A stretch of DNA of 64,000 nucleotides from Tubiluchus corallicola. Taxonomy: Eukaryota; Animalia; Priapulida. The notes under the pieces were generated by a model. That model was given only the letters and a program-made list of their open reading frames with translations, was not told the origin of the DNA and made no database searches. Below, one piece after another: positions 63,069 through 64,000 of the stretch. The stretch covers positions 256,204 to 320,203 of the forward strand of contig JAQGDQ010000223.1 of the NCBI GenBank assembly GCA_030141605.1, read 5' to 3'. Each line of letters starts with the position of its first letter. The stretch's first letter is position 1. Position numbers and translations under genes: made by a program.

Positions 63069-64000
63069 GTGACATTACTTATTGGTTTCTCATAAAACTT
63101 AATATCACTGCAAAAACAAAATGGATTATGTTCTATAACATTTATACAATAATCGCACTTAACATGTGATGTGGCGGACTCACGAAAATCTATGCTTTTA
63201 CAAGCGTAAACCTTTGTTTTCAATAAAAGTATGTCAAACCGCGCTTTGTAGAAAATTCAACATGTCGCCTATATCAAGATAACCTGAACACTGTGTTTAC
63301 ATAGTTTTTATCACGGTAAATTAAAGTAAAAAATGTTCATTGAAATAAAAACCTTTAAAGATTCTTTGCTGACAGATTTTTTGTTTACTTTGTAGAGCAC
63401 TCAGACAATTGATGAATACGGTTGTTACCTTTAATTTCAATTCGGCCACAAGACAAAAAAAATCTAGCAGGAGGGCGTACTGCATGAATTACTCGCAGAC
63501 TGATGCTAATATGCTTAAATTAGAAATTAACTTCAAGTTACTTAATTTTTTCAATTATTGAGAATATACTGAGTGATTCAAAAAATGCTGAGTGATTCAA
63601 AAAATGTGCCGAAGTTTAGACTACAGTCAATAATTATTAAGAACAAGTAGACTAGAAGGTTAAAGTTTCTCTATGTCGTAACGCGACACGTTAGCTTTTG
63701 ATTGTGATAGGCAGGTGTTTATAGTTATAGCTGCAGTGGTTTTTTAAGTCATGATAGAAACGCTTTTGCATGCAAAAAAGTTAAATGTGGGAACAATGTT
63801 AGCTAATCATCAATTTAAAAACACACACACACGCACGCACGCACGCTAACACACACACACACACACATATAAAAATCATGTTAGATGTACAGTAGTGTTT
63901 AAAATTGTGTAGGGTGCATTTTATATATTTGTTTGTAGGCTGGTATTGATTTTAATGTATTGTCGGTAATATTAGCTTCAAATATATTTTCTATATTATA

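Overview
AT-rich eukaryotic (invertebrate animal-like) genomic DNA with spliceosomal introns, long microsatellites and many transposon relics; nothing prokaryotic. By joining GT-AG exons by hand I can build four protein-coding genes that the ORF track shows only as fragments. (1) A cluster within about 20 kb (3.6-23.4 kb) of three secreted, low-complexity Gly/Tyr/His-rich proteins whose mature chains lack Cys and which I cannot assign to a known family. All three have a short exon carrying ATG plus most of the signal peptide, ending in phase 0. Two are tandem paralogues sharing an N-terminal RVSN..YH(I/V) motif and a matching promoter layout, but one carries a poly-Asp block and the other a Lys/Arg block plus xKY repeats. 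This suggests a co-regulated, oppositely charged, Tyr/His-cross-linked extracellular material (cuticle, adhesive or eggshell); that function is inference. (2) An aldo-keto reductase gene on the minus strand (48.5 to 29.4 kb; 9 coding exons found, last exon unresolved) with an AKR1-type exon layout, an intact D/Y/K/H tetrad, an acidic loop, one apparent GC donor and one apparent TT donor. The rest is LINE relics, TTAA-flanked Kolobok-like MITEs, hAT relics, tRNA-derived SINEs, Penelope-like ends with degenerate hammerhead cores, and simple repeats. All models are hand-built and need RNA-seq confirmation.
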